From: the human T2T-CHM13v2.0 reference genome, Homo sapiens
Strand: one strand, 5' to 3'
Assembly (NCBI RefSeq): GCF_009914755.1
Contig: NC_060928.1
Length of the DNA: 64,000 nt
The notes beneath the pieces were generated by a model. It did not search any database, was not told the DNA's origin, and saw only the letters and a program-made list of their open reading frames with translations. The stretch's first letter is position 1. The number at the start of each line of letters is the position of its first letter. The position numbers and the translations under genes were made by a program. Shown here in pieces: positions 14,101 through 27,725 of the stretch.

Positions 14101-14519
14101 GCATTCAGAGGCTGGAGCCTGGCTTTTTGACTTTGTATCTGTCTAGTGTGGGAAGAGGTCCACTTGGCTAGAAAGGGAGATGGCTGCCTCAGGTTATCCC
14201 AGCTTGATGACACCAGCCATTGAAATTTATAAAACTAATTGTGGTTGAATTCATTCTGTATTCACCAAACTAACTTCTGGTTGGAATTTGGCTTCACCAG
14301 AAAGACTTGGAGACAGTAGATGTCCTTGCTACTACTATGAACGTAATAGTAATATCACTAATTATAAATTGATTATTTTGTGATTCTGGTTTATAACTAA
14401 ATTTTTTACAAATACAATTATTGTGGATTAATTTTCAAGGGACTAATCTCCTTGAGCTACATTGAGAAAATCATGATTCTGTTCCAGAAACATTGAGAAG
14501 AAAAGCACATCCAATGCAT

Positions 14520-17290
14520 CAAGTTAGAATTGTTAAATATGTTAAATTCAGATTCAATGTACATTCAGAAAAATGCAGGGATCTGAAGTGTTCACTTGAT
14601 GGGTTTTGACAAATCTATTACGCATGTATACAGCAATCAAATCAAAATACACAATGTTTCTGTAACCCCATAAATTGCTTTCCTTGTCCTTTTCAATCAA
14701 TCTCTTCCTACAGAGTCAGCCAGTGTTTTGATTTCTATCACCACAGATTATTTTTTCCTCTTTTAGAACCTCATTCCAGTAGAATCATAGAGCATATATT
14801 ACTTTTTACTTGGTACCTTCACACAATATGATAGCTGTAAAATTAATCCACACTGTTGCATGTATCAGTAATAACATTTTCTTGCTTCATTTATCCTGCT
14901 TTATAAATATACAACAATTCTTGTATACAGATATTTTATTTTTATCCCTCCTCTTCCTAGTTTGGAGCTATTATAAATTAAGATGCTAAAAAGTTCTTCA
15001 AACATTGGTGGTGACAGGATGCATGCATTCACTTGTTTTCATTATGTACCAGGAAGCAGACTTGATACATTAGGCAGGTAGATGTTTAAGTTTATAAAAC
15101 AATTTAACAATTTTTTATTTTGTACTTCCTCAAGCAATTTATAGCATGAGAGTTCTCAGTTGCTCCACCTTCCTCAAAAATTGTTTTTAAACATTTTTAA
15201 AATTTAGCCATTCTAGAAGAAATAGAATGATTTCTGTTTTAATTTGCATCTCTTTGATGAAATATTTTCTCTAGTAAAGTGTTTGTTCTAGTCTATTAAT
15301 TGGGTAGTTGGTGTGTACAATTATAATTTGGAGTTCTTCCTATAATATGAATAGAAGTCTTTTGCCAGAAAATTTTATAAATATTTTCTCACAGCATGCA
15401 ACTTGCTTTTTATTTACTTAATAGTGTCTCTTAGTGAGAGAAGTTTTCAATTTTTATGAAGCTCAATTTATAAATTTTTCATATATTGTTAATGCTTTTG
15501 GATCCTAAGAAAGCTTTACCTACACCAGGGTTACAATAACATCTTTCTGCATTTTCAAAACTTTACAGTTTTAGCTTTTATACTTACATCGATGATACAT
15601 CTTCAATTAATTTTTTATATATTCATGATATGATTCGAAACTTCATTTTTCTCCATTTGACTATTCAATTGTTTCTGCACCATTAGTTGAAGACTTTGCT
15701 TTCTTTTTTAATTGTTTTGCCATCTTTGTTAAAAAATCAATTTCCACTGTTATGTGAGGTTATGTCTGCAGTTTATTTTTAGTTTCATTTAATCTATTTG
15801 TATATCCTTATTAATTCCTGTGCCTTTAAAGTAAATTTAAAGATAAGCAGTATAAATCAACTTGTTTTCTTTTTCAGATTGTTTTTTAGACCATTTACAT
15901 TTTTATATAAATTTTTAAAGTTTATCTTTCATTTTCTTCAAAAATCACTCTTGGGAAATAACTGCGATTACAGGGAACCTACAGATAAATATGGAGAAAT
16001 TTCACATAGTAACAATTTTGTCTTCCGTTTGAAGAATACAGTATGTCTCCATTTATGTCTTAATTCTTCTCAATAATGTCTAGTAATTTCCAATCTAGAG
16101 TTACTACATACTTTTTTATTATGTTAGTGTTATTTTAAGTTTTTGATGCAATTAAATAATTTTAAAATTATCCTCAAATGTTTTGTTGCTACTATATATA
16201 AATACAAATAATTTTTCTGTAGTGACCTCGTGTCTTATAAATGTTTGAAATTCACTAATAAGTTCTAGCAGGTTACGTGTATTGTGTGTATAAATTCTTT
16301 AAAAATTTTTAATGACACAATTTTGTCTGGAAATAATTGCAGTTGAATGTTTTCCTGTTTAATTGTTATGACTTTTGATCTCCTTTTCTTGTCTTATTGT
16401 GCTGCCTAGGGTATGAAGCAAAATGTTGAAAAGCAGTGGTGAGATAGGACATTTTTGCTTTTTTTCAATGTTAGGTAGAAAGAAATTAATATTGTATCAA
16501 TAGATGTGATGTTAATTGTACGATTTTTCTAGATGACCTTTATTATATTTTGAAGGACTTTTTTGTATTTCTAGCTTGTAGAACGTTTGTAAGCGAATGG
16601 CTATTGAATCACGTCATATGCTTTTTTTTGCATTTTTTTGGAATTTCCCCATGAATGTGGCTTGATTCTATACATACACTATACTGTAGTGTTTAGTTTT
16701 CTGTTTTTAAAACTAAAACCTTTCATTTGCAAGATAAAGTCTTCTTTGTTGAATCTGACAATTTGTTAAGGATTTTGTGTCTCTGTTCATGAAGAGCATT
16801 GGTTTGTAATTTTCTTTTTTTATAATGTCCTTGTTAGGAATATTTGTTGTCATTTATGTGTTGTGACATGTTCTTACTTCCTCTACTTCTGAATGCATCC
16901 CTGTAAGATTCATATGATTTCTTTGATTTCTTCTTAAATGATTGAAAAAAATTACCCAGTGAAACCATGTAGTCATGAAATTTAATCCTGGAGAAAGTTT
17001 TGAATTACAATTCAAATACTTTGTCAGATAAAGAGCAATTCAGTTTTCTATTTCTTATTTTGTCCTTTTGGTGTGTTCTTGAAAAAATTAGTTTTTCCTT
17101 TAAATAATTTGAATTCAGTAACCTAGTTATTTATAATATTCTTTTATTAGTTATTCTATATCTATAGAATTGTAATTTTATCTTTCATTTATTACTGATA
17201 TTTTAATTTGAATTTTTTTTCCTTTCTCATTTTTCAATGAACACTCTAGCTAACTAGGGGTTTAACCATTTTATTATTTTTAATGGACTT
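14520..17290 (-). mobile_element. Old L1M (L1ME/L1MC-like) 3' UTR and degraded ORF2
   Basis: Antisense L1 hallmarks 'tttaatttgcatctctttgatga', 'caattgtttctgcaccattagttgaagact', 'aatgttgaaaagcagtggtgaga' and 'ttacccagtgaaaccat'. Confidence 0.85.
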
Positions 17291-17334
17291 GATTATTTAA
17301 CATTTAGAGTTAGTTATAAACTAAAAATAGCTCC

Positions 17335-18065
17335 TCAACAGCTGTATCATGGTATAATTTACATTACATAAAATGTGTCAATTGTGAGTATATAATTCAA
17401 TGCTTTTAAATATGTTGATAGAATTGTGATGGTAGCTCTAGAACATTTCCATCATTTCAAAATTAATCATTCCAACTCTGAAGTTGATAACCATTTCTAC
17501 CTGCAAATTCAAGTAGCAACTAATATGCTTACTCTTTAGATTCCCATTATATATACGTTTCTTATAAATGGAATCATAGTATATGTAGTCTTTTGCATCA
17601 GATTTTATTCACTAAGCATAACATTTATGAAGTTTTTCTATGCTGCAGCATGTATCATTTTGTTACTTTTTAATATGTTTTCCCTTTTTTAGGACATTTT
17701 TCTGCTGTGAAACTAAATGTAAAAATCTTTGTACATGCATATGTCTCACTTACCTTCTGTAGATTTGCAGAAGTGGAATTGCTGTGTCATACGGTGAGTT
17801 TGTTGTACTTTTTTTAAAAAATGAAAACTTTCTTTCAATGAGACTACACCATTTTACATCCCAATACTCAATGTATTAGAGTTCCAGTTGCTCTGCATCC
17901 TTACCCCCACATTATTTCTGCCTTTTTAAATTATTATATCTATTCTACTTAATGTGATGTTATCTATTCTTGTAGTTTTAAATTTCATTTCCTTAATAAT
18001 AAAGATGTAGAATATCATTTTGTCTTTTGTTCATAGTTTCTATTTCTCTGCAGAGAATCCCTAGA
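17335..18065 (-). mobile_element. L1MB-like 3' end fragment
   Basis: 'ggtataatttacat', 'cttataaatggaatcatagtatatgtagtcttttg' and 'agtggaattgctgtgtcatacggt'. Confidence 0.75.
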
Positions 18066-18099
18066 TGTTCATTCATGCTGACATTACATTTTTCTAAGT

Positions 18100-18316
18100 T
18101 AGAGTTTCTCATCTACAGTAGTATTGCCATTTTGAGCTGGATAAGTTTTTGTCGGGTGAGGCTGTCCTGTGCATGGTAGGATATTTTGCAGCACCCTTGA
18201 CCTTTACTCATTGGATGTTGACAGCACTCCAGTCAGTTGCAACAAGAAAAAATTCTGCCATACATTGCCAATGTCCACTTTGGGGATTGATAATTATCCT
18301 CAGTTGAGAACCACTG
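18100..18316 (-). mobile_element. MER20 (hAT-Charlie) DNA transposon
   Basis: 'ggctgtcctgtgcatggtaggat...gcagcaccc'; ends 'gttgagaaccactg'. Confidence 0.88.
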
Positions 18317-18329
18317 CTTCAATTCTTAA

Positions 18330-19525
<1,196 letters not shown>

Positions 19526-20299
19526 AGAGCTCTCTGGTAACCTTTTATATGCCACAAACAATTGTGGACTGAGCAAAGTTAAATAACTTGCTCATAATAT
19601 TGAGTGAAGCAAAGCTGGTAAAGTCATGCTCTTTCCATTTCACTCTGCTTTTATTTTCTAACTATATTATTTCTAGCATGATTTTCTATATATAGGGTTT
19701 TCTATCAATCATTTGGAGGTAAATGCACATGATTTGTAGCCAGCTGTATAGAAATATTACAGGTTGTAAGTAATACTAAAGCACACTATTCATTGTCAGA
19801 GAGCAGCAATAATGTGTGTTTGGTTAAAATAAAACAATTTAAGAAAGCTAATCTTCTTTTTCTGTTTATGAGTTAAGTGGGCTGTATCTTAATTCTAAAA
19901 TCATCCCAGAATGTTAACTCCAAAACCCCTTTCAGCTTTATCAAAATCACTTCTCCAAATGTATGTGAATCTACTTCTGGATTGTCTACTTTTTCCATTT
20001 ATTTATTTGTCTATTTTTGGGTCAATATTGCACTGATTTAATTATTGCCATTTTATAAATCTAGAAATAGTCTAGTGTTATCAGCTTTACCATGGCATAA
20101 CCTAACAGAAATAACTCCAGTTAAGGTAATATTCATGCAAGTTAGTTCTTAGATTTTGGGGTATCTAACACTCAAAAATTAAGATATTTCTCTACTACTC
20201 ATCATTGGAAAATTAATTAAAATTAAACAAATAAATTAATAGTAATATTGTTGAAATTTCTATTCTTCAGTGTATTTAAGTCTTAGTTTCATGCAGTCA

Positions 20300-20420
20300 A
20301 TTCATTGCAAATGAAGAATCTGAACATCAAGAGCTTGACTTGCACACAGATAATAAGTGCCAGAACTGGGAATGAAATCTTGGCAGTTCAAGCCAGATCT
20401 AAGTTCTTACCTTACTCATA
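20300..20420 (-). mobile_element. MIR fragment
   Basis: 'gcaaatgaagaatctga...gacttgc...taataagtgccagaactgggaatgaaatct'. Confidence 0.6.
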
Positions 20421-20479
20421 ATAAAACATATGAAAGCTCTAAAAAAAAAAAGTATACAAAGAAAATAATTTTTGTCCCC

Positions 20480-20556
20480 CACAGTGGCTCACTCCTGTAA
20501 TCCCAGCACTTTGAGAGACTGATGCGGGAGAATCACTTAAGGCCAGGAGTTCCAGT
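20480..20556 (+). mobile_element. Alu left-arm fragment (FLAM/AluJ-like)
   Basis: 'cacagtggctcactcctgtaatcccagcactttgagagactga...ggccaggagttc', then an abrupt end. Confidence 0.85.
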
Positions 20557-20606
20557 GACACATTCATGATTTGGTAATAAATATTGGCTTATTCAGTATA
20601 GCAACA

Positions 20607-20702
20607 GATGTCTGCTACATTATATTGTAATCTCATTATAATATGATGTCTGCTACATTATATTGTAATCTCATTATAATATAATGTCTACATACATTAT
20701 AT
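20607..20702. repeat. 38-bp tandem repeat, two identical copies plus a partial diverged copy
   Basis: gatgtctgctacattatattgtaatctcattataatat at 20607 and 20645. Confidence 0.95.
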
Positions 20703-22779
20703 CATGGGTTTATTTAACTTAGGGCTTTGTGAAGAAAACAAAAGGATTTTTTGAAAATGACACAATCCAAGTTCAATAATGAGAACCATAGTTATTGGTG
20801 TTTATGTATGTACAATGAACAATAAATGATATAAAAGGTATCCTCTATTAAGCTTTTTTCTTGCTAAGACAACCAACACGGCCCTAAGCCAGCTGAATTT
20901 GTTCTGGGACATCGCCTCGTTCACTGTCCCTCCCACTGAAGTCTTGGTCTTCCTTTTTTCACTTGAGGGAAAGCAAAGCAATGCTTGGATTGTCTTTCCG
21001 AGGTAGGCAGCCATGTCCAAACTCTCCTTAGGGATCAATGTTCTCCTGCTCTAAACATTTCCATCCAGTCTAGAGGTGTCAGACCATGGGAAAACATTCT
21101 TTCCACATAGACTTTGAACTAAACTTGGGTTCCACGTGTGCATGGACAAGGACACATCATTGTTTAATCACCTTCTTTATACTGGTGTGTTTACTACAAA
21201 AGCATAGGTTTCTGCTCTGGCCTTGAAAAGTAAAATTGGAATAATTTCTATTATACCCATTTATTGAACAAATAACATAATGTATGAGGTAATAATATTT
21301 ATAGATGAGTATATTATTAATAATATAATTTCTTATGAACAACCTATGTTCTCATAAACTGTTTCTTTATCCAAATACAGCATTACTCAGAGAAATCAGT
21401 TGGGTATAGTGAGCAGAGATGGAGAATAAGGTCACAAGGTAATGGTGGGTGGTTTCGTAAAATAGAGCTCATAGTTTTTCCTGATTTCAATTTATAAAAC
21501 AAAAATGTGGCTTTTTTAAAAAAGCATTAATTTATTTTTTAGCAAATATATAAAGTTTATTTCGTGTACATATCATGTCTGATGGTTTATTACATATTTA
21601 TGTTATCCCCTCCTCTGCGAGGCAAAACAAGGTACATCCCTCGCTTTTTCACTACTGTTTCTAAACAAAGCTACAGGAATAACCCATCCCCAGCTGACAA
21701 GGATAATTAAGATAATCAGCTGCCAAATATAAACAGCTTATTATCTGTTTTACTTAGCATTTTTGTAAGTTTGGAAACATGTTAATCAAAGACATCTGAA
21801 ATTTTAACTTTTGCTTCTCTAAAAACTAAACAATTTAAATAATCAGAGAAGAATGTCCTAATCTGTGGATAAATAACTCCTAAATCCATTAAAAATTCCA
21901 TTCACTGAATTGTTCTGGATGATTAATTTAGGTGCTTCACTGATCTGTGTTCCAGATGAAAGACATGAAAGATAGATGTGTTCTAGTTAGAGGTAGTGTT
22001 CAAACAGTCATTTAACTTGTGCTAATCAGGAAATAAAAGTGCTTTAACATATCCCCACTGTGGCTGGTCATGTAATACCAAACTCCTACATTCACATGTA
22101 TAATTTGTGAACAAAGAAATTCTGATAGGCAAATTACAGAATAGTCTATTTCCTGTAAATGATGTAAGATTTACTAAAATTATCTTAAATAAATATTTTA
22201 AAAACACTAGTTACAATACATGTTAAGTATCTTAAAAATGGAAATGGGAAATTATATACTTAAAGATAAGGCACGAGAATTCAATGAATCATTTGGGAAA
22301 ACTTCCAACATAGCAACTTCTTAAGAGCGTTTTACTGTCATAATAGTAATGATGAGCTTAATTCCTCCGGGTGCATAGAAATCACATAACGATGGTATTG
22401 TAATTTTAGACGAATGAAAGTGTTGTGAAGGGGTGCAAATTGGCTCATGCACACATATCCATATCCCATGGGAGAAGAGATGAGCCTGAAGCAAAATCCT
22501 TCCTGAGATTATAATGCTCTGCTTATAACGCTTATATTTCATGTAGTGGGACAAATACACCTACCAGAAAAATCCTTTGTTAACCTTCTGTTGCAGCTTC
22601 GCCTCACGCTAGAAAGCAGTGAGATGCAGTCACTCACACAGCAAGTGCTTATGTTTAAATAGAAATTGAACATTCCCAAAGGGTGAGAATATGACTATTT
22701 GCACCTTCAAAATAGAATTGTAAGCCTGACAGCCAAAAATAGAGATTTATAAATTCGACACAATAAACCACCTCTGTCT

Positions 22780-23560
22780 CTTTCAAACTCCTCCCAAATC
22801 TTGGAGATATTATCATATTTTAATATTTCCACAGTTCTAATTATTTCTCCAGTCTCTCTCAATCGTTTTTCTTTTCCTTACTGTTTCACAAATATATTGG
22901 CTTTTCTATATTTATCTACCAGTTGGGCATTTTCATTTAGTAGCCTCAGATTTGTTAACTCAAGGCAAAAATCAAAATCTTTCTTCTTAAACTGCTCATC
23001 TCTCCAGAAGTCACTATTAGTATCAATGGTACCATCATTTCTCTTGTTACGTGAATTCAAACCTTTAGAAATATGTTTAAATTCCTTTTTCATCTTCTTA
23101 ACTTAAAGATATCATCAGGTCAGATTCCAAGTGGATTATTAACATACTTGTGCAACTTTATTTTCTCTTCATCTCTATTTTTCTTACCACTTCTCTAGGT
23201 CAATTTGTCATACTTGAATTTCTGTACTAGTCTTCTGTTTTTCCTGCCTTCGGTAAAATCATCTCATCCTGCATATGACCATTAGAATGATCTTCCCCTG
23301 AAGCGTTTCATCAGGCTCTTATCCTAGATCATAACAAACTTGAAAGCTGTGGGGTAACATTCAATAGCAAGACTCTAAAATTCAACCTCCTCCCTGTCTT
23401 AAAAGTGACAAATGTCTCTTTTTTCTAATCTTCTTTAAGATATTTCCAAGTGCATATATTTCTGCTGTGCTCAATACCTTCCTCATGATGCTCTATTTCC
23501 AAAACCCATCTAATCTTTGAAATCAAGGACTTCAGTACACATTGATCCCCTACCATTTCA
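22780..23560 (+). mobile_element. Highly degraded L2 remnant
   Basis: Pyrimidine-rich with L2-like phrases ('ccattagaatgatctt', 'tgtgctcaataccttcct'). Confidence 0.45.
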
Positions 23561-23589
23561 ATATTGAACTCATAATGCATTGTTTATAC

Positions 23590-23690
23590 TAAGGATCAAC
23601 AAATTATGCCCATGGGCTTATTCCTTCTTTTTAGTTGTTTTTGTATTGCCTGAAAGCTAAATATGGTTTTTTACATTTTATAAAAGTTTG
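23590..23690 (-). mobile_element. MER58B-like hAT-Charlie fragment
   Basis: 'ggatcaacaaattatgcccatggg...gtttttgta...gctaaatatggttttttacatttt'. Confidence 0.6.
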
Positions 23691-25094
23691 TTAATCCCTA
23701 ATTTATACAAATATCTGAAAACTAGTAAGTGAACATATTCTCAGGGGTTTCTGGGTCATCTATCAGACTTTATTTAGTTTGCATCTTTATTTCATTAACG
23801 GTTAAACATATTAAAAGTTAATAGAATTTAATATTCTATTAAAAATAATAGAAAACATTTCTGGATTACCTATTGTAAACTCTTTATAACTGAATATTGC
23901 CATGTGGTTTCAGTGCTTGTATCCAGATTCCAATTTTTAAGTAACAGAGTTCAACCTAAGTGGCAGTATTAGTTTACAAATATTTTTTCAAGCATGCCCT
24001 ACTGGCATCAGGCTGGTAAGCCTCAATTTTCAAATGTAATCTTCAAATGAGCATCTGAATTTTATAATCATAGCTTAAGACTTTAGATTCTTAAGTCAAT
24101 GGCAATTCTCTATTGAAATTTATATTCACAGTTTAAGATTTTAGGTTCTTAAATAAGAACTCCTCTAACAATTTTGTGGAACTCTCATTTTGAAATACAT
24201 TCTCACGTTCTAGGTTTATTCAAGTTGGAAAAACTCCCACCCTTTGGTCACTTATATATTGCCCAAACTTTCTTAATTATTGAAATAAGTAGATTTCGTC
24301 CTCAAGGAGATTGTAATATTATACCCTTTTAGGCTTTATAGTAAAGACAATTTAATTTACTTGTATTATTTCTGCAACAATTTTTATATTTCTGATTGAT
24401 TAACTCATAGTCAGAGTGAAGGCTATGGGGGAAAGCAGTTGGTTCTAGCCAGGGACACTTTCCACGTAGTCCCTGTAGGAGCTCTTGGAAGGGAACTTCA
24501 GAGCTTCCCCTTGGCACAGAGCTCATACTTGTCATGGAAGTCTTAGTATGGAGATGGATGGACAACTCGAAAGAAAACAGAGAAATCTCATTATGTTTTT
24601 CTTGGATAGAAAACATATTCCACTCTTTCCCTAGTGCAACATGTAATACATAGTATGATGTGCTACAATTACCACTGAGTCTTTTACCCTGTTTTCAAAT
24701 CCAGCTATATTCTGTATTCAAACTACGGGAAACAAAAATGAAAAAAAAAAATCATCTAAATTGGGAAGGTTGTAAAAGGCTAACAAGAAAAATGAGGAAA
24801 GCATCTGAATGATGGTTTGAGGAGGCAATACTTTAATATGAGGAGGAGTTCAGAGGGTTTTCTTTTTCATTTTAGGATTCAAGGGGAAGATAGTTTCACT
24901 AGTTAATTAAATCAATAAAAAAGAAATGATTATATGGAGAAAATATAAACAATGAAGTATCTTGATATTGCCTTTAGGGGAGGATATACAGTTTTATTAC
25001 GGCAAACTAAACTTACTAGCCATGATGCAATTGATACATGTCTACACTAGTAAATCCCAAGAGAAAAGGGAGAATGTGCTCTTGTTCTTTAAAA

Positions 25095-25240
25095 ACTTGC
25101 TTATCAACCAACAGCATCTATGGTAACTGGGACAAGAAATGCAGAATTACAAACCCCAGCCCAAAAGTATTGAATCAGATTGTATTTTAACCAGTTCCCC
25201 ATATGATTTTTCCACGTAGTAACATTTGAGGATAGTGCTT
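25095..25240. mobile_element. MER5-family (hAT-Charlie) element
   Basis: 'agaaatgcagaatt...cccagccc...ttgaatcaga...tattttaac...ccccatatgatt...tttgag'. Confidence 0.65.
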
Positions 25241-27725
25241 TAAAACAGATGAATCCTAAATAACCTACCTAGCCCTTCTTTCACTGAATTTTGCTTTTAA
25301 AGGAAAACAAGTTATCCCCCTAGATTCTATTGATAGCAATAACAAAATAGAATCACTTAAAGTGACAGAGTTCAATAAGAATAAAAGAGAAGTTACCAGG
25401 AATATATTCCATTAACATGCATTATACTGGTATTTTAAAAAAATATTTAATGTAGCATTGATTGTTAATTGTTTCAATTTATACCAATCAAGGAAATTCA
25501 TTTGGGATAGTTTAATTATAGTCAATCAATATAAACAATACTAATCAAGCTAATCGATACCAATTATGTCTTTTCTTCATATACAGAAAAACACCTACAT
25601 AGCAAGGGCAATTTTTTAAGGTTTTATTGACTCAACAGCAATTGTTAAAGTATTGTAAACCTCATTTATTTAAATATTTTTGGCCCACTCAGTTTTCCAG
25701 AAAGCTTAAATGTATACATTTCTTTGTAATGAACTCACTCAGTTAAAGCAAGTTTCATCCATTAATGACATTTCACAGCTTTTTTTTTTTTGCAGTTTCT
25801 TCAAGATAACAACTAATACTTATTTTAATGGCTTATCTAATAATTTGTTTAATCTACTAACAGAAAATGCTCCATCTGGAAGGATACATTTAATTAAGAA
25901 TAGGGAGAATTAATTTAACCATGATAGCATTCACACACAAATTAAAATAACATGGTCTCTAGGGATCCCAGAAATTATACCAAAATAAAGATTATACCCT
26001 TTTTAAAATGGGTGGATGTACCACACTATAAATCTAGAACATTAAACATGGAAGAATTATGTATGTAATAATGTAAATTTTTTAAGGAGTACATTGGAAT
26101 TTCTAGATCCACATATATGTTCTTAAAGAGTCAATCTAGGTCTGCATACAATTAAGATGTTAACATTTTTCAAGAATATTTAGAGATTCTCTTTTATAAT
26201 TATCTTTGTAGTCTATAATATATTATCATTTAGAAATCAGAAATGCTGCTTTAATTTTCATTGTTTTTCAATGCATTTGATTTTTGAGAACAGAATCTTT
26301 AGTATACTAGTTGAGATAGCAATTTAAGTTTCAATTTCCTATGGAGTATATTTGTAGACTAGCATATTCATATATTGGGCAACAACATGAATAAAATAAA
26401 TTATTTCAAAGTAATAAAGATAGTACTCTATAGTTCTTATAATTTTTGTATTACTTCAAGAAAGAAAGGATCATTTATTAAGAAATTCAGATAGATTGAC
26501 CTTCAAATATATGGGTGATGGACATGAAATATATTTGTCTTCTGTTTTATTTTCTTCTACCTAGTACCTAGCAGTTGCTATAATGAGAAGTAATTACATA
26601 GGTATATAAATTCAATAACTACTAAAATATATGGAAGTTCACTTTAAAAATCTTAACAGATTTTCCTTTACTCCACTCAAGAAATGTATTGAGTTATTAA
26701 GAAAAAGATTAAGAGTGTGAGAATCTCTCTGGCAAATTGCTAACTAGTTCTGTTGTTATAGGATTGTTTGCTTTTACTTGGGCAAGGGGAAATTCTCCAA
26801 TACAATAGTCAATAAAATGTGGAGTTAAGTGCTCTGAAAATTATGTCATCTTCCTTTCCTTAAACTAGACACAGTTTCTAGATCAGAACAAGGATGAAGA
26901 TACATTGATAATATATATATCTTACATCCCTCACCACAAGGAATAAAAAAATCACTGGGCATTTTCTCATATTTCTTTCTGGTATTTCTTCTTTAAAAAG
27001 CAGCTAATGTATGGTCTATTACTAGCACCAACTTTAGTATGTCTCTACACATTAAATTTTTTGTAGCATCTAATGTGCTACAAAACACAAAGGAGCAACG
27101 TGATAATATATTTGCTCCAAAAAATATAATTATCTTTCATTAGCTTGTTACAGAACCATGTTTTGAATACAGAACTGAACATTGCCAAGTCCTCTATTTT
27201 CTCTTAGAAGAAAAAAATAGTTATAATACATGTTAAAAATATAAACAAAGAAATGACATACATATTTTCTATACCAAACAACAAAAAAGGACATATGAAT
27301 GGGTTTATATTCAAAAGTTTATATGGTTGTAAAGGAAGAAAATATTTATTTTCAGTCTTAGCCAAAAAGTCTAAATAGATAGATTTCCCCCAAGCTTCAT
27401 CTCTCAGGAATGGGCAAAGGAAAGCTAGAGCCATCTAAAAACATCGTAGAGGGAGCTAATTATTCAGACAAACTTTCCTCATGTTCTAAATTCATTCTAA
27501 TTACATGTTTCAAATTTTCAATTTATATAACAAATGTAGTACATGATTAATATTGATTCATATTTCTAAAACAGGTATATGCTTTGATGAATGTGGTATA
27601 ATGGATGCTCTATTTCTATTTGCAAAATAAGTTAAACAGCAGGTTGTTCCTTACATTGCTTACCCAGTTACAATCATTCATTTTCCCCATTTATAGTTTG
27701 TGTTATGGCCACATCTCCAGTCCTC

